Positions 42,107-55,920 are shown, counted from the first letter of the stretch. The stretch is 64,000 nucleotides of DNA from Octopus sinensis (GCF_006345805.1 NC_043008.1:28334001-28398000); one strand, 5' to 3'. Notes: generated by a model not told the origin, from the sequence alone. Numbers and translations: made by a program.

Positions 42107-43449
42107 AGTCCATTTCCCATTAGTTTATCCGAAATCATATATTAGTCAGTGGGTCCATGTCTCTGAATCTGATAACGAACCACATATATGGTCAAAATAA
42201 ACTACTTTATCATTTGTTAGACTTTGAAAATATTCATAGTACCTATATGAACTAGGCCTGAATTTTCTTCAGGAAATTGACCAGTTAATTACAACAACCC
42301 TAGTGTTCCACTGGTACTTATTGACCCGAAAGTCTGAATTGCAAAGTTAACATCCTCCAAATTTGAACTCAGAATGTAATGGTTGAGGTTATGGCGCTAA
42401 GCATTTTGTCCGATAACTACAGATATTGCCACATGCCAAATAATGAATAGACAATGTCAAACAGAATTGAAACAAAAACATATTTTTGTATCACGCAGCA
42501 TATTCATCGAGTTAGGCCCGCCATTTTAATAATAATTTGTTCCACTATAAGCACAAGATAATATTCATCTTCAATAATAAAAAAAACAATGCCGACCATT
42601 GCAGTTACAATCATCCGTTGACCGCATTATTCAATTATACACTTCTTAAAATTACCTGGCGTAGTTCATCACTAGCAAGATATGCACATGAATGGCTAAG
42701 TTTTAACAGTCATCAAATTCTTATTATCAGTGTGTACTTGTAATTGGACATGTTCATGTCGTCTAGAGAACAAGTACAATTTATAGGAAGTCGTAAACTG
42801 GACTAAAATTACATTCTTCCTGAAATAGTTTGTATTAAATTCCGATTCATGCATTTTAATTTACCATTCTATGTAGTATGGCTTCTAACGTATTCTCTTA
42901 GTTGATATTTCAATTTCCCCTGTTATCATATATGGCGTTACATTTTATATTTCTTCATGTTCATCTTAGCCTCACATAGCACAGAATAGTCACGTTTTTA
43001 GGTGTAAGAGATTTATGCTACAACGCAAAACTTATACCAACCATTTGCTGAAACATGTACCCTATATAGGTTGTGATTGTTCTTGACCGGCTCACATTAT
43101 CTTAGTCATTTTTATTGGGCAATGTTTAATCGATTAATTCTCTCTCCTTAAAATGGTGATTTAAATTCCAATCTAACCGATGGAAGACGTAAAATATCAA
43201 AATAAATTTCTATATTTGTGCGAAACACAAATTAATTTCCATTACCTCTAAAGTTATTAATATCAATATTGTAAAATTTTAAATGCGAATACTATATACC
43301 TATTTTCATCAAAGTAAACCGAACTGTACATATACATTTGGTAATGTTACAAGCTTTGGTAACATTTTAGGTTCAACTTATGATATCCGATACATAACTT
43401 GCAACGAATGTACCTATGGAAAAATTATCCACATATCCAATCATATCCG

Positions 43450-43504
<55 letters not shown>

Positions 43505-44309
43505 AATATCAACTAAGAGAATACGTTAGAAGCCATACTACATAGAATGGTAAATTAAAATGCATGAATCGGAATTTAATACAAACTATTTCAGGAAGAA
43601 TGTAATTTTAGTCCAGTTTACGACTTCCTATAAATTGTACTTGTTCTCTAGACGACATGAACATGTCCAATTACAAGTACACACTGATAATAAGAATTTG
43701 ATGACTGTTAAAACTTAGCCATTCATGTGCATATCTTGCTAGTGATGAACTACGCCAGGTAATTTTAAGAAGTGTATAATTGAATAATGCGGTCAACGGA
43801 TGATTGTAACTGCAATGGTCGGCATTGTTTTTTTTATTATTGAAGATGAATAATTATCTTGTGCTTATAGTGGAACAAATTATTATTAAAATGGCGGGCC
43901 TAACTCGATGAATATGCTGCGTGATACAAAAATATGTTTTTGTTTCAATTCTGTTTGACATTGTCTATTCATTATTTGGCATGTTGGCAATATCTGTAGT
44001 TATCGGACAAAATGCTTAGCGCCATAACCTCAACCATTACATTCTGAGTTCAAATTTGGAGGATGTTAACTTTGCAATTCAGACTTTCGGGTCAATAAGT
44101 ACCAGTGGAACACTAGGGTTGTTGTAATTAACTGGTCAATTTCCTGAAGAAAATTCAGGCCTAGTTCATATAGGTACTATGAATATTTTCAAAGTCTAAC
44201 AAATGATAAAGTAGTTTATTTTGACCATATATGTGGTTCGTTATCAGATTCAGAGACATGGACCCACTGACTAATATATGATTTCGGATAAACTAATGGG
44301 AAATGGACT
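42107..44309. repeat. Near-perfect inverted duplication: arms 42107-42910 and 43504-44309, 593-bp spacer
   Basis: Arms match as reverse complements; only two 1-nt indels seen by eye. Confidence 0.95.
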
Positions 44310-44939
44310 ATTAATAAATAAAGGTTGTATAACGGATAGGAGGTAGAACCGTTGGCACGACGGGGGAAAATGCTTAGTGGTATTCTGTCCTGCTTTAGGA
44401 GCTCAGTTGAAATTCCCGCGAGGTTGATTTTGCCTTTGATCCTTTTCAAGATCTATAAACTATGTAACATTTCAGCACCGAGGTCGATGAAATTGGTAAC
44501 CTTGTGCCAACAGTTGAAATCCATAAAAAGTGACTGTAATAAAATATATACGCATAAAAGGAATATATCTATATTCTGCGAATGTTACTTCACAGTAAGG
44601 CAACCTTTCAAACAACTGAACAACTGAATAATACATAAGTTACAGTACATCATTTATAAACTAAAATATCATGGGCGCCACATCAATATATGTGCTACAT
44701 GATATATGCTGTTGCATTTCCTGTTTGTTTTTTATACATTAATTTTGCTCTAATTTCGGTTGCTGAGGGAAAAGTATAAGAAACAAAACATCATGTTTTG
44801 TTGTCAAATTAATCTAAACAACCGTGACTTCTAGAGCAGAAAAAATTAATGCACCATATAGAAAGATTTAAGTTTATCAGATATTTTGATATGGTGTGAA
44901 AGAAGGAAAGTTGTAAATCTAGTCGAGTTAACGTTTCCT

Positions 44940-45500
44940 CATGAATATAATATGGACGCCGCTCGGGCTCGAAAATTAACCGTTATGTAAACCTTCTCGA
45001 GGAATGTGAAGACGCAAGTTGGAAAGAAAAACATTTTACAATCGATGTCGGATGTAGAGGGTTCGTTGGACACAGTGTGAGATGACTGTTGTTATTGTTA
45101 GGCCTAACACATCGTAAAGTTAATACCACCATGACCGATATCCAAACTACAGTGGAGAAGGCTAGCCACTGGATTTGATTAAAAAGAGGCGATGAGTGAT
45201 GGCTAGAAGAATATTGAGCTTTATTTGATAACCAGCTGATCTAGCAAGCGGGGCCTCATATCAGTGAGAGGAGCCGATGCGTATTGATGCCGTCGAGAGG
45301 TAGGCCCCGAAACGGCGTGCATTCTCTCCTGATGACCCCATAAACTTTCTGGCTTCCGGTATACGGAGTTTTTGACTGGTAGCACTTCCACGTGCAAATT
45401 GTTTCCAAGACATCTCTACACAAGGGATATCCTCTTGACATGATTTGTGTCGTGGTGATATCTCAGTTGATACAAAGGAAATAATTCGAGTGTTTGCATA
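44940..45500 (+). mobile_element. 3' end of a Hero-like RLE non-LTR retrotransposon
   Basis: Translation ...LLEECEDASWK...TIDVGCRGFVGHS...VEKASHWI*LKR, then 3' UTR and (TTG)n. Confidence 0.75.
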
Positions 45501-45859
45501 CCTTTATTGTTGTTGTTGTTGTTGTTATTGTTATTGTTATCGCAGTTGTCTCTGTAATCTGTTGGTAATGTGTTTAATATTTTTTTTATCGATAACAATG
45601 ATAATATGATAATATTTATATATTTATCAGAAAGGATAAAGTTTTCCATTAAAAATTAATAGTCGATGGTAGTCAATTTGTTCGTTCATCAAGAATTTTC
45701 TCCCTTTTCTGCTTAATTTAAATTTGATTCCTGATAACCTCTTGTTTGCTTTGGTATTGCCTGTATCCTATGAGCATAGTATGATTGCACAAGCGTGCGG
45801 AGGGTTAACATAGGTAATTTACACCGGAAAAACGGATATCTTTATCCCTTAACTGGTTA

Positions 45860-46095
<236 letters not shown>

Positions 46096-46100
46096 TATAT

Positions 46101-46260
46101 AGGCGCAAGCATAGCTGTGTGGTAAGTAGCTTCTTTACCAACCACATGGTTCCGGGATCAGTCCCATTGCGTGGGCAACTGTCTTCTACTATATCCTCGG
46201 GCCGACGAAGGCTTTGTGAATGAATTTGGTAGACGGCAACTGAAAGAAGCCCGTCGTATA
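46101..46260 (+). mobile_element. 5' half of the tRNA-head SINE (same family as 25490-25903)
   Basis: gctgtgtggtaagtagc...ccgggatcagtccc...gaaagaagcccgtcgtata. Confidence 0.85.
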
Positions 46261-46287
46261 CATATATATTTATATACATATACATAC

Positions 46288-46355
<68 letters not shown>

Positions 46356-46394
46356 TAGAAAATGGAGTTAACGCAGGTGTAAACAGATATTTTT

Positions 46395-46480
46395 ACTTTC
46401 GACACATGTTTCGAAAATTCCACTGATACTATTCAAAAGAATAAATGGTATAAACAATGCAATCTTCTCTTCGGGAAAGT
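46395..46480 (-). ncRNA. Type I hammerhead, same family as 23092-23178 but with U4C core
   Basis: actttc-CCGAAGA-gaagat...attttc-GAAA-C(atgt)GTC-gaaagt; predicted cleavage between 46401 and 46400. Confidence 0.65.
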
Positions 46481-47189
46481 GAAAAAACGAAACTCGTCAA
46501 TACGACATTTTAGCAAAAAAAGATGGATTTGTATAGCGATAGACAGAACGCTATTAATATTGTTTAAAAAAAACGTTATATGATATAACGTCATAAGTAT
46601 CTAACAGAAAGAGTAGGGATATTAATGGTGAATGTTAAATATAAAGGAAATTAAAGTTTAAATTATAAATAATGATAGAGACTACTTATATGCACTAAAT
46701 GTATGTTTTTGCCAATCTTACATCTGTATGCTCGCTCTATAACCGTGTTTAATATTCTTAACTAAATTCTTAGTAATTGCTCCAGGATGATTACTAAATT
46801 TGCTAATGTACTTAAGATTGGTCAGCGGTTCATGATATGGGAAGTAAGAGTCACTGTGTAAATTAAGCGTAATATCTAAAAAGTTGGCCTTCGTCAGATC
46901 GTCATCAAAAACAATTTTTCAGCCCATTCTACTGAAAAAATTAACTAAACTATACTTAACTTTTTGTACCTTTTGGTTGGAAACATTTTGGAGGTAAAGT
47001 AAACAATCATCATGATATAGACCTCCATAAATGTTAGGGAACTCTTCAGCCATTTCAAAAAGAATATATATACAGACCAAATCAGCTATCTTCAAATTTA
47101 ATAATAGATCTTCTGGCTGCCAACACAACATTAATTTATTCTCGGGTGAGACCAGCTGTGTTATGAGCAAGCCAAAGTGCCTTATTAAG

Positions 47190-47520
47190 TAAAGACCCCC
47201 TTCGGTCATGAATGACCATGGGATTGCACCTAGAAAGTTACCCTCCTAGACACAAGTCCGGGCAAGGTTGTTTATGGAAGACCAGAAGTCGCCCATGCAT
47301 ACCAGCCTCCTCTCTCCACGCCACCAGTGTTATCCAAGGGAAAGACAAAGGTCGATACAGCTTGGCACCAGTGACGTCGCAACTCATTTCAACAGCTGAG
47401 TGAACTGGAGCAACGTGAAATAAAGTGCCTTGCTCAAGAACACAACACGCAGCCCGGTCCGGGATTTGAGCTCACAACCTCACGATCGTAAGCTCGACGC
47501 TCTAACCACTGAGCCATGCA
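47190..47520 (-). mobile_element. Full-length tRNA-head SINE (second family) inserted into the Penelope RT
   Basis: Minus strand TGGCTCAGTGG (A box) and GCTCAAATCCC (B-box-like); RT motifs continue on both sides. Confidence 0.85.
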
Positions 47521-49028
47521 CTATAGGATTAATAGATGAATAAAAATTGGAAATATCAAACTGGATAAACGCTGTACTCACCTTACTGTTAATAGACCTA
47601 AACTAAAAGGTACAAAAAGTTAAGAATAGTTTAGTTAATTTTTTCAGTAGAGTGGGCTTAAAAATCGTTTTTGATGACGATCTGACGATGGCCAACGTTT
47701 TAGATATTACGCTTAATTTACACAGTGACTCTTACTTCCCATATCATAAACCGTTGACCAATCTTAAGTACATTAGCAAAATAATCTGTATTTTTGTTAT
47801 TTTTTATTTGCCCTGTTCGTGTGAGCTAACAATCGTTCTGACTTTCATAGGAAACATGTATTTTTGTGGTTGAAACCTTTCGGATTTTCTAGTGCTAGAA
47901 TGAGCCACATAGTGACCATTCTCTTATATTTATTATTTTATTTATATATATATATATATATATATACTTATATATATATATGTGTGTGTAGGTAGCAAAT
48001 AAACATGCTGTAAGTAAGTAAATTTAGAATATATCCTCGTCGCTGAAACTCCTTTAATTACAGCATGTTTACATGTGTATCTGTGACAATTTAAATTTAC
48101 GTTCGCGCACTGGTATGTAAATATATACATTAGAAATCTTATATGACTTTTTTGTGGGGTATCCTTAAATTGACGTATAAGGAAACATTGTCCAAAATAA
48201 TGTTTTATTATTTACGATTGGATTGTCACCGAAATCTCGTGTAAAAATGATACAAGTTATTTTAAACTCTCTCTCTCTCTCTCTAATTATATACACATGA
48301 AATTGTATATAATTATATCATTATTTTATCGTAGTAGTTTATTTCATATATGATTTTTCAAACATCATTTGTTAAGTTGATGTACGCATTTATGCAGAAA
48401 CACAAACACTATGCTATATCTATACATCCATATACATACAATTTTTTGTATTCCAATCACTAAATCATAAATTAGTACAGACAGAAGAGAATAGGTATTT
48501 AGATATCGACATAGGAAAAGAATGAAAGGAATGCAGAAATGAACATTTTTAAGAAAATATACGGGTTATCCAAAAATCTTTCGTGAGTTCGTGCAACACA
48601 GGAATTTAAAGTCCTTTTCGTCAACGATATGAATATTAATAACCTCATTTGGACATGTAATACAGATGAGTTGTTGTTTGTTTTTTTCAATTTTTCAAAC
48701 AGTTAATAATTTCAGACCAGTAACGACGATACTTTTATCTTTGTAAAGAGAAACCCAAAAAATATAATTGATCTGTGTGCAAGATCAATACCTCCCATGA
48801 TAACGACAGAAAATCGACATTTTTTTTCAAGAATATAAGAGGAATCATTTACGGAAGCACTACTAACATCGCTGCTATTTACGTCATACAAGGTCAATGA
48901 CTTTGGGTATTGAATTTATAAATATTCTTCATATGAAATCGATGAGTTTCCTTGTGGATCAATGAAATAAGCAAATTTTGGCTCAAAGAATCTGTGTGCA
49001 TGCATGAATGCATATATATGTATATATG

Positions 49029-49120
<92 letters not shown>

Positions 49121-49124
<4 letters not shown>

Positions 49125-49279
49125 ATCCAAATAAGAAAGAATAAAAAACACAACAACGCGAGAACGTAGAACAAATATAGTATTATTGGACGCTTAGGAA
49201 AGAAGGAAAGAAGGAGGGCTTTAACGTTTCGAGCGGAGGTCTGCGTCGGAAACATAGGAGAAGGAAAGATCCAGAGAAG
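49121..49279 (-). mobile_element. Diverged copy of the 15044-15258 element; decayed hammerhead-like motif at 49220-49252
   Basis: Minus strand ttt-CCGACGC-a-gacc(tcc)gctc-GAAA-CGTT-aaa. Confidence 0.75.
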
Positions 49280-52200
49280 CATATGCACATACACACACAC
49301 AAACTCACACACATGATAGATCTTGGCGAGAGGAATCTACCTGCATTATTTATATGAAAAAATATTCAGTAGAAAAATTACTGAGGTAAAAACTGCCGAA
49401 AAAGAAAAAGAAGATAAACGTCTAAAATAGTGTAAGATGACGAGCTAAGAGAGACTTTCACCTGCAAGGTGAAAACTTCGCCGCCTTTCGTCTATATCTA
49501 CATTCTAAGTTCAAATCCCACCCAGGTCATCTTTGCCTTTTTATCTTTTCGGTACTCGATGAAATGAGTATCAGCTGAGGGCTGAGGTCGATGTCATCAA
49601 TTTCTTTCCCCTCCAGATTTTATGGCCTTCAACCAAAATTGGAAATCAATATTCCAAAATGTTTGATTCTATTCATTATTGAAGTATCATATTCATAGAA
49701 TGCTCTATATTGTAACTGATATATATTGTAATAAATATCATTCACACTCTGCCGTGTGTGAATAATATTCTGAAGATCAACATTTACTCGCTAGCGACTA
49801 TTTCTACGCTTCGTCACTAGTTCACTTTTCTTTTTACCAAATGTGATGATGTTTACACATTTTTACATTAGTCATCACCTAAGCTACATTTTGAGCTGCA
49901 AAATTTGAAATTTGGTTCAGTAGCAAAAAAAGAAATAATAATACTAAAAAGTGGAGATTTCTGGGATATACAGGTAACGCTGCACACATCCCTGCATAAA
50001 CACATTACACACACACGCACATGCACACACACATTAGTAACTTTTAAAACACTCATAAAAGGAAACAAAGGTGAGTGTGACAAAAACGTAGCTTTATTGG
50101 AGAGAGCGATAAGTTGAAAACAATTGATGACAAGTGCACTATTCTCTGCTGCCAATCGTGAATAAGCATTTGCACACAGACACGCACACAAACACATAAA
50201 TACATACATGCCTATACATACATGTGTACTTACATACATATTGCAGAAAATATGTTATTGACGTTTAAATCTTAATCATTTTCACCTAATCAGAAAAAAA
50301 GAATTTAGAAGCAGACATTTTCTGCCTGAAAGTAAAATCATTATGCGAGGAGGAATTTTTATTTAACAAACGAGAGCAAAGTATTACAACAACCAAAGTT
50401 GTAAGTACTTCTGTAGTTTTAGTATGATTTGTGTTTGCTTTTAAAATTTAATTCAATATTAATAAGAGTAGCAGTATTCAGATTATTATTTCTTAGGATA
50501 AATTGACAAAAGATTCTGCATTCAGATATTACGATTGGGTTATCAGAGTAGCAAAATTCACAGTTTGTATTTATTTTCAGGTAAGTTGAAAAGAAAAATA
50601 GCTGAATTGCAGGCTTTTTTTTTTTTCATTTTACGTGGATTTGAACTAACAAACTAACTTTGCCCTAACAAGGGCATGCGGTTTCTCTTGCCTTATGGTG
50701 GATGCATAGGCTATTTATGCATTTAAAAAATATTTTATTAGCCATGGCTTTACTACTTATATTAAAATATTCTCTTCTTACTATATAGTTGAAATGTTTT
50801 AATACTTCTTCTTTGTAGCTCTTGTTTATATATATACACAAAGTATGGGTGTTTTCTTCACAGGTGATCTAAACGATTAGGTATGCTAGGTAAGTGCTGT
50901 AAAGGATTACTGGGGCTCCAAGGTTCTAGCCGAGACGGTAGCTATAAAACCATTGCAGATTTCCGATGCAGCGGATATACAATTGTTAAACAGGACGTCA
51001 AACTTTAGGGCAAGGCAAACATCTCAAATCATACACAATATTATTATAGGAAGATATTCAAGAGCGTACAGCCTTTTATGGAATATCTCCAAATATGGGA
51101 TATTACGTCATCGACAACATGGAGGAAAGGAATAAAAGAATAAGGAGATGGAAAGAGAGAAGAAAAAAGAAGCATAAAACTTAATAGTTCAACTTTTCGA
51201 AGTCATATAATCCAGAGCCCTCAGGTGCAATCCTGCGTATACCAATGTGGGTTAAAGTCCCGATATAGTAGACATCCCAAGAAAAAGACAGCAACATCAA
51301 CGATCAATAACAGAATCTTCTTTCCATCTCCTTATTCGTTTACTCCCTTCCTCTATGTTGTCATACTATTAATATATACCACTCTCATTTTCCATATCCC
51401 CCTCCCCCATTATTTGTCTCTGATTACTGAATATCCCATGTTCGGTCATTACCCAGAAACAGCTGCAAGATTTTGAATTTCTTCCTATAATAATATTGTA
51501 TATGACTTAATATGTTTCCCTTGCTTTAATATTAGACGCCCTGTTTAATAATTATGTATGTATATATAAAATTAGTGTACATTTAAACATAAAAAGAGAG
51601 GATCTTAAAATGCCGCCCGACAAGCTAGAAGGAACAGTCAAAAGTCCAACACCACAGTTAAGAGCAATTTCGAAGGAAGTGAAAAATAAAAACATTTACC
51701 ATGTTTTACACAAGACCTAGGCATCTAACTTTGATTAGAAAATATTATATTAAGTATATAATTTAATATTCACTATTATACAGAAAATATTTTCATAATG
51801 AATTTTTGTAGTTACTTTTAGCGCGTTCGTATTATGCATTTTGTTTGAATATAAAATTTTTATTCACAGTAATTAAAGGGTCTAATGTTTTTTACAATTA
51901 TAATTACGTATCTCACGACCCTAAAAAATTATAAAATTTAAAAGGAAATAGATATAGAGGCAGATTACATTTAATTCAAATATGCTTTTACAAAAGAATA
52001 TTTCTTGCATTGTCTGGGAAAATGTGGATTACAATGAAAAATGCGGGCGTAGGTGTGTTAATATTCTTCAGTTATTATACCTGGAAAAATAGAGAACAAG
52101 GTTTCTACAGAGGGATTTGCCTAATTTGTCACGTCTAGAGAAAATTAAAAAGTACTTGAAATTAAAATTCTGCTGCACTTTAAATATTGCACCCAAGAAT

Positions 52201-53190
52201 AACATTTTAAAATGTTATTAGGTAACTTTTATTAGCTAAATTTGAGAGAATTTATTTTATTTATTATGAGAAACTAAAAAACAAATACATCTTTAAAATC
52301 ATGGTACAAAAATAATCAAGAATAAATTTAAACAAAAAAAATTTTAATCATGTCTTTTGAAATATACAATTAAAGTAGCCATTTTATTTAGTTGCATTGT
52401 ACAAACAGTAAAATATGAAGCTGTAAATAATAATACAGAATAATTTTTCTTCAGTTGAATTGACGTCCCATTATAAAAAATAATCATTGATTGCACTAGA
52501 ACGGCCATTAAATGGTTTCAAATCAACCATAAGCTCAGTCAATTTTCCATATTAAAAAAGGAAAATTTAATCTGACAAATAAATCACAAGTAAAATTTAT
52601 TAGCATTAATACAGTAGAATTAGCCTAATTCATCTTTGGCTAATTCATTACTTCACCTAATTCCTCACTTTCAATTTTCTCCTAGCGATGAGTAATTAGG
52701 CGAATTCTATTGTATTTTTTGAAATTGATTTTATTTTAATTCATTTTTAAAATACAGCTGTTTCCAAAAATAAGCACATGGGCTTAAATAGAAACTTAAA
52801 GAATTTTGCTTAAATAATTTTTTTAATGAAAATAATAAAAATTACATGAAAAGAGTTTCTTAATATAAGCTCATTGGCTTAAAATCGGACGGGCTTATTT
52901 TTGGAAAAAAACCAGTAATATTTTTAAGTTATTGTTTTAATAAAATGTAGTAAATTTTCAAAATGCTCTTCTCGGGTGTAATATTTTAAGTACAATAGAA
53001 TTTAAATTTTAAGTACTTTTTAATTTCCTTTACGGGTGACGAATTAGTCAAATACTACTGTAAAAATCTTGTTCTTTCCTTTTCCAGAAAATTGACATGC
53101 ATGCGCCCGCATTTGTCCTTGTAATAATATCTTTTTCCACTCGCTTTTTTAATTTTCTCTGTCGCTTGTATTCTGTATAAATCGGACCAA

Positions 53191-53234
<44 letters not shown>

Positions 53235-53473
53235 ATTCATAGTCTGGAAGTGTCCTTATTTTGCCTTCTCTCATTTTGCAAGTGTACTTACACACATATC
53301 ATGTATTTGTTTTTTTCAATATGTTTAATATATATCGTGCCTCTAATTTGTTTATCCATATAATTACGACTATAACGGGAGGCTTTATGAAAATAGACAA
53401 AAGACGAAGGCAGGTGGAAAACAAACAAACAATTGTATTAGTATGACGCTCAGGAAATATACATAAAACAAGT

Positions 53474-53509
53474 CTTTAACGTTTCGAGCCTACGCTCTTC
53501 AACAGAAAG
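53474..53509 (-). ncRNA. Minimal hammerhead-like motif (A6U, extra A, loop-less stem III)
   Basis: cttt-CTGTTGA-a-gagc(gtag)gctc-GAAA-CGTT-aaag. Confidence 0.5.
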
Positions 53510-53672
53510 ATACACAGAGAGAAAAAAACACAGAAAGAAGGAGAGAAAAAAATGCGTGCAGTAACTAACGAACCAACATGGCGATCTGATTTCGGCCAGA
53601 AGTCAAAGATCAAACATGAGACGCGAGAGCGAAATTAGGGGAGATAATAGGGTTGAGTGACCAGCTCCAACA

Positions 53673-53885
53673 TAAGGGTGTGTGTGTGTGTGTGTATGAG
53701 AGAGTATTAGTGCGTATGAGAGGTCTGGACGTGTGTATATATAGGGTTGGTGTATGTATTAGTATGTATTAGTATGTATAAGGGTGTGTGTGTGTGTGTG
53801 TATGAGAGAGTATTAGTGCGTATGAGAGGTCTGGACGTGTGTATGTATAGGGTTGGTGTATGTATTAGTATGTATTAGTACGTAT
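53673..53885. repeat. 106-bp direct tandem duplication beginning with (GT)n
   Basis: taagggtgtg...gagaggtctggacgtgtg... at 53673 and 53779. Confidence 0.9.
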
Positions 53886-54059
53886 TAGTGACTATACCCG
53901 CTCAACTTTATCCCTCTTATATCTCAAAGCCTTTCTTTACTTTCTAGAAGGATCCTCTGTAAATTCATCGGCATCTAACTTTGAATGTCTTTGACACTAC
54001 TATTTTCTATACGGGGAATATCTGGATCTCATCTGTGAGCTCTCTCTCTCTCTCTCAAT

Positions 54060-55920
54060 AATAGTAGAGCTGTCAAATCATGCAATCATGGAATTGAACC
54101 ATTTTTATTGATATCGGTATTGTTTCTTTCCAGGTAAGCTGATATCTGTCACTCTTGAAAGCAGACAAAAAAAGGTTTTAGCCCCACAAAACGTTTTTGT
54201 TGACATGATGCTACATTAGGGGATGACGCCTCAGCTTCATCAACAGCGCAAAAGGGAGCAACTGAATTTAGGAAGTGACTTGAAGACAATGCTGTTAGCA
54301 TATCTTGTTGGAGCGTGGAGTATATTATGCACAACAAAATCAGCACGTTTTCTGACATGCAATCAAAATGCTGATCATAATAAAGGAATATCTGTTTGAA
54401 GTAGATCCAGCTGTTTTTGTTGATCGTTTCCGAATCTAGGATGAGTATTGGATTCATCACTTTGAATCTCAGAAACACAGACATACAGTGCCATGGAAAT
54501 AACCATCAAAGAAGGCTACTGTCGTACGATTTGCAAGTTAGTTAGTTAATTTTTTGGCTCAAAAAGCAAAAAGCAAGGCCATGTAGGCAGACATGGAGTT
54601 ATGTACAGGGTGGTGTTCATGTAAAGAGTTCAAGCCACTTGAGGTCAAGGGAGACTTTGAACCGAGCGGTCGTCGGCATCTTCACCATCTCGTCTGGCAG
54701 CTTATTCCACGGATCCGCAACCCGGATGGAGAAAGCACCTCTCCTTCGTTTGAGATGAAATCATCGCAGATAGAGCTTTTCGGAATGACCCCGCAGCCGA
54801 CGCTCTGGAGCAGGAATGAAGAACATCTCTTTCGAGAGGTTACACTTTCCGCTTATGATGTTGTGAGCAAGAATGAGATCTCCATGGCGTCGTCGTTTTT
54901 CTAGAGAATAAATGTCGAGCGTCTTCAGCCTTTCTTCATAAGACAAATTCTTGAGACCAAGAACCATGCGGGTAGCCAGCTTCTGGACTCTTTCGAGATG
55001 CTGTATGTCTTTGAGGAGATAAGGAGAAGAGGCTTGAATCCCGTACTCCAATATGGGTCTCACCAGCGTGACATAGAGCGGTAAGAATATGGCTGCTGTG
55101 AGCATTTAGAATGACCGTCGAATCAAGAACAGAATTCCGCATGCTTTGTTGGTGGCATGGACGCACTGGGCCGAAGGCGAAAAGGAGGAATCCACCAAGA
55201 TTCCCAGGTCCTTTACCTGATCAGTCCTCTCCAGCAGCAGAGGACCCGGCTCGAAATAAAGTTGAGTTGCAGGAGGAGAGCCAACAAGCAGATGACAGCA
55301 CTTTGACACGTTCAGACACAGGTCCCATTCGTTAGACCATCTCCAAATTTGGTGGAGGCATCGACGAAGATCCTCTATATCACCGCGAGGAGCGACCAGT
55401 TTGACATCGTCGGCAAATAGAAGGGTGTGTTGCGTGAGGTCGTCGGGCAAGTCATTTATGAAGACTAAGAACAAGTAGTTAATTATGAAGACTAAGACTA
55501 AGTAATGTTATGGCCTCAGTTCTTTTTGAATACAAAATGGCTACACCATAAATAGGGAGTAATTTTCCAGCTTGCTGAGGCAGTTATGGAAATGTCATGT
55601 AAAACTGACGAAGGTGTCATTTTTCATCAGGTCAAACTCCAGTACTTGATTTTTTTGTTTTTTTGGGTGCTGTGCATCAATGAGTCTTTCAGCCTTTTGA
55701 TAAACATCGCTGTTCTCCTGAATTGGCTGCATATGATTATCACTTATCCTCCAACATGGAGAAACATCTGACTTGAAGCCAGTATCGCCGAGATGGTATC
55801 GTTATATCAGCTGTTCATGACTTTCTGACCAAGAGGATTAAAGCTTCTTCAGTTATGAAATTTGCAGCATTGATGAAAGAAGTCTGTGATCTACGAAAGG
55901 GACTAGGTTTAAAGAAATTC
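54060..55920 (+). mobile_element. Decayed Hsmar2-like mariner split by a CR1 insertion
   Basis: Left of the insertion: ATLGDDASASSTAQKGATEFRK and LFEVDPAVFVDRF...WIHHFE...KKATVV; right: MASVLF...GVIFHQ...SPELAAYDYHLSSNMEKHL. Confidence 0.75.
54535..55470 (-). mobile_element. 5'-truncated CR1-clade LINE
   Basis: ORFs 55106-55474 (FINDLP, LFADD, KDLGI) and 54761-55105 (LYVTLVRPILEY, LERVQ, SYEERL) separated by one stop; (TAAC)n tail. Confidence 0.9.

Larger units (their letters stand above)
46340..47782 (-). mobile_element. Penelope-like element: RT fragment, terminal repeat with hammerhead, and inverted duplication at the 5' end; interrupted by a SINE
   Basis: Minus strand: AFIQFDISNFYSSI (about 47525-47575), GGLYHDDCL (ORF 46919-47209), NHPGAITKNL; 46797-46978 is repeated inverted at 47600-47782. 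Confidence 0.8.

Noticed and set aside
45300-45340. CCGAAAC followed by CTGATGA in the Hero-like 3' UTR
   Set aside because: Order would require type II topology, but the stem II strands do not pair and the cleavage triplet would be GUG
54121-54139. Second CAG|GTAAG juxtaposition
   Set aside because: Lies inside the mariner 5' region, so probably element-derived
54149-54484. 111-aa minus-strand ORF that looks non-repetitive
   Set aside because: Antisense to the decayed mariner transposase
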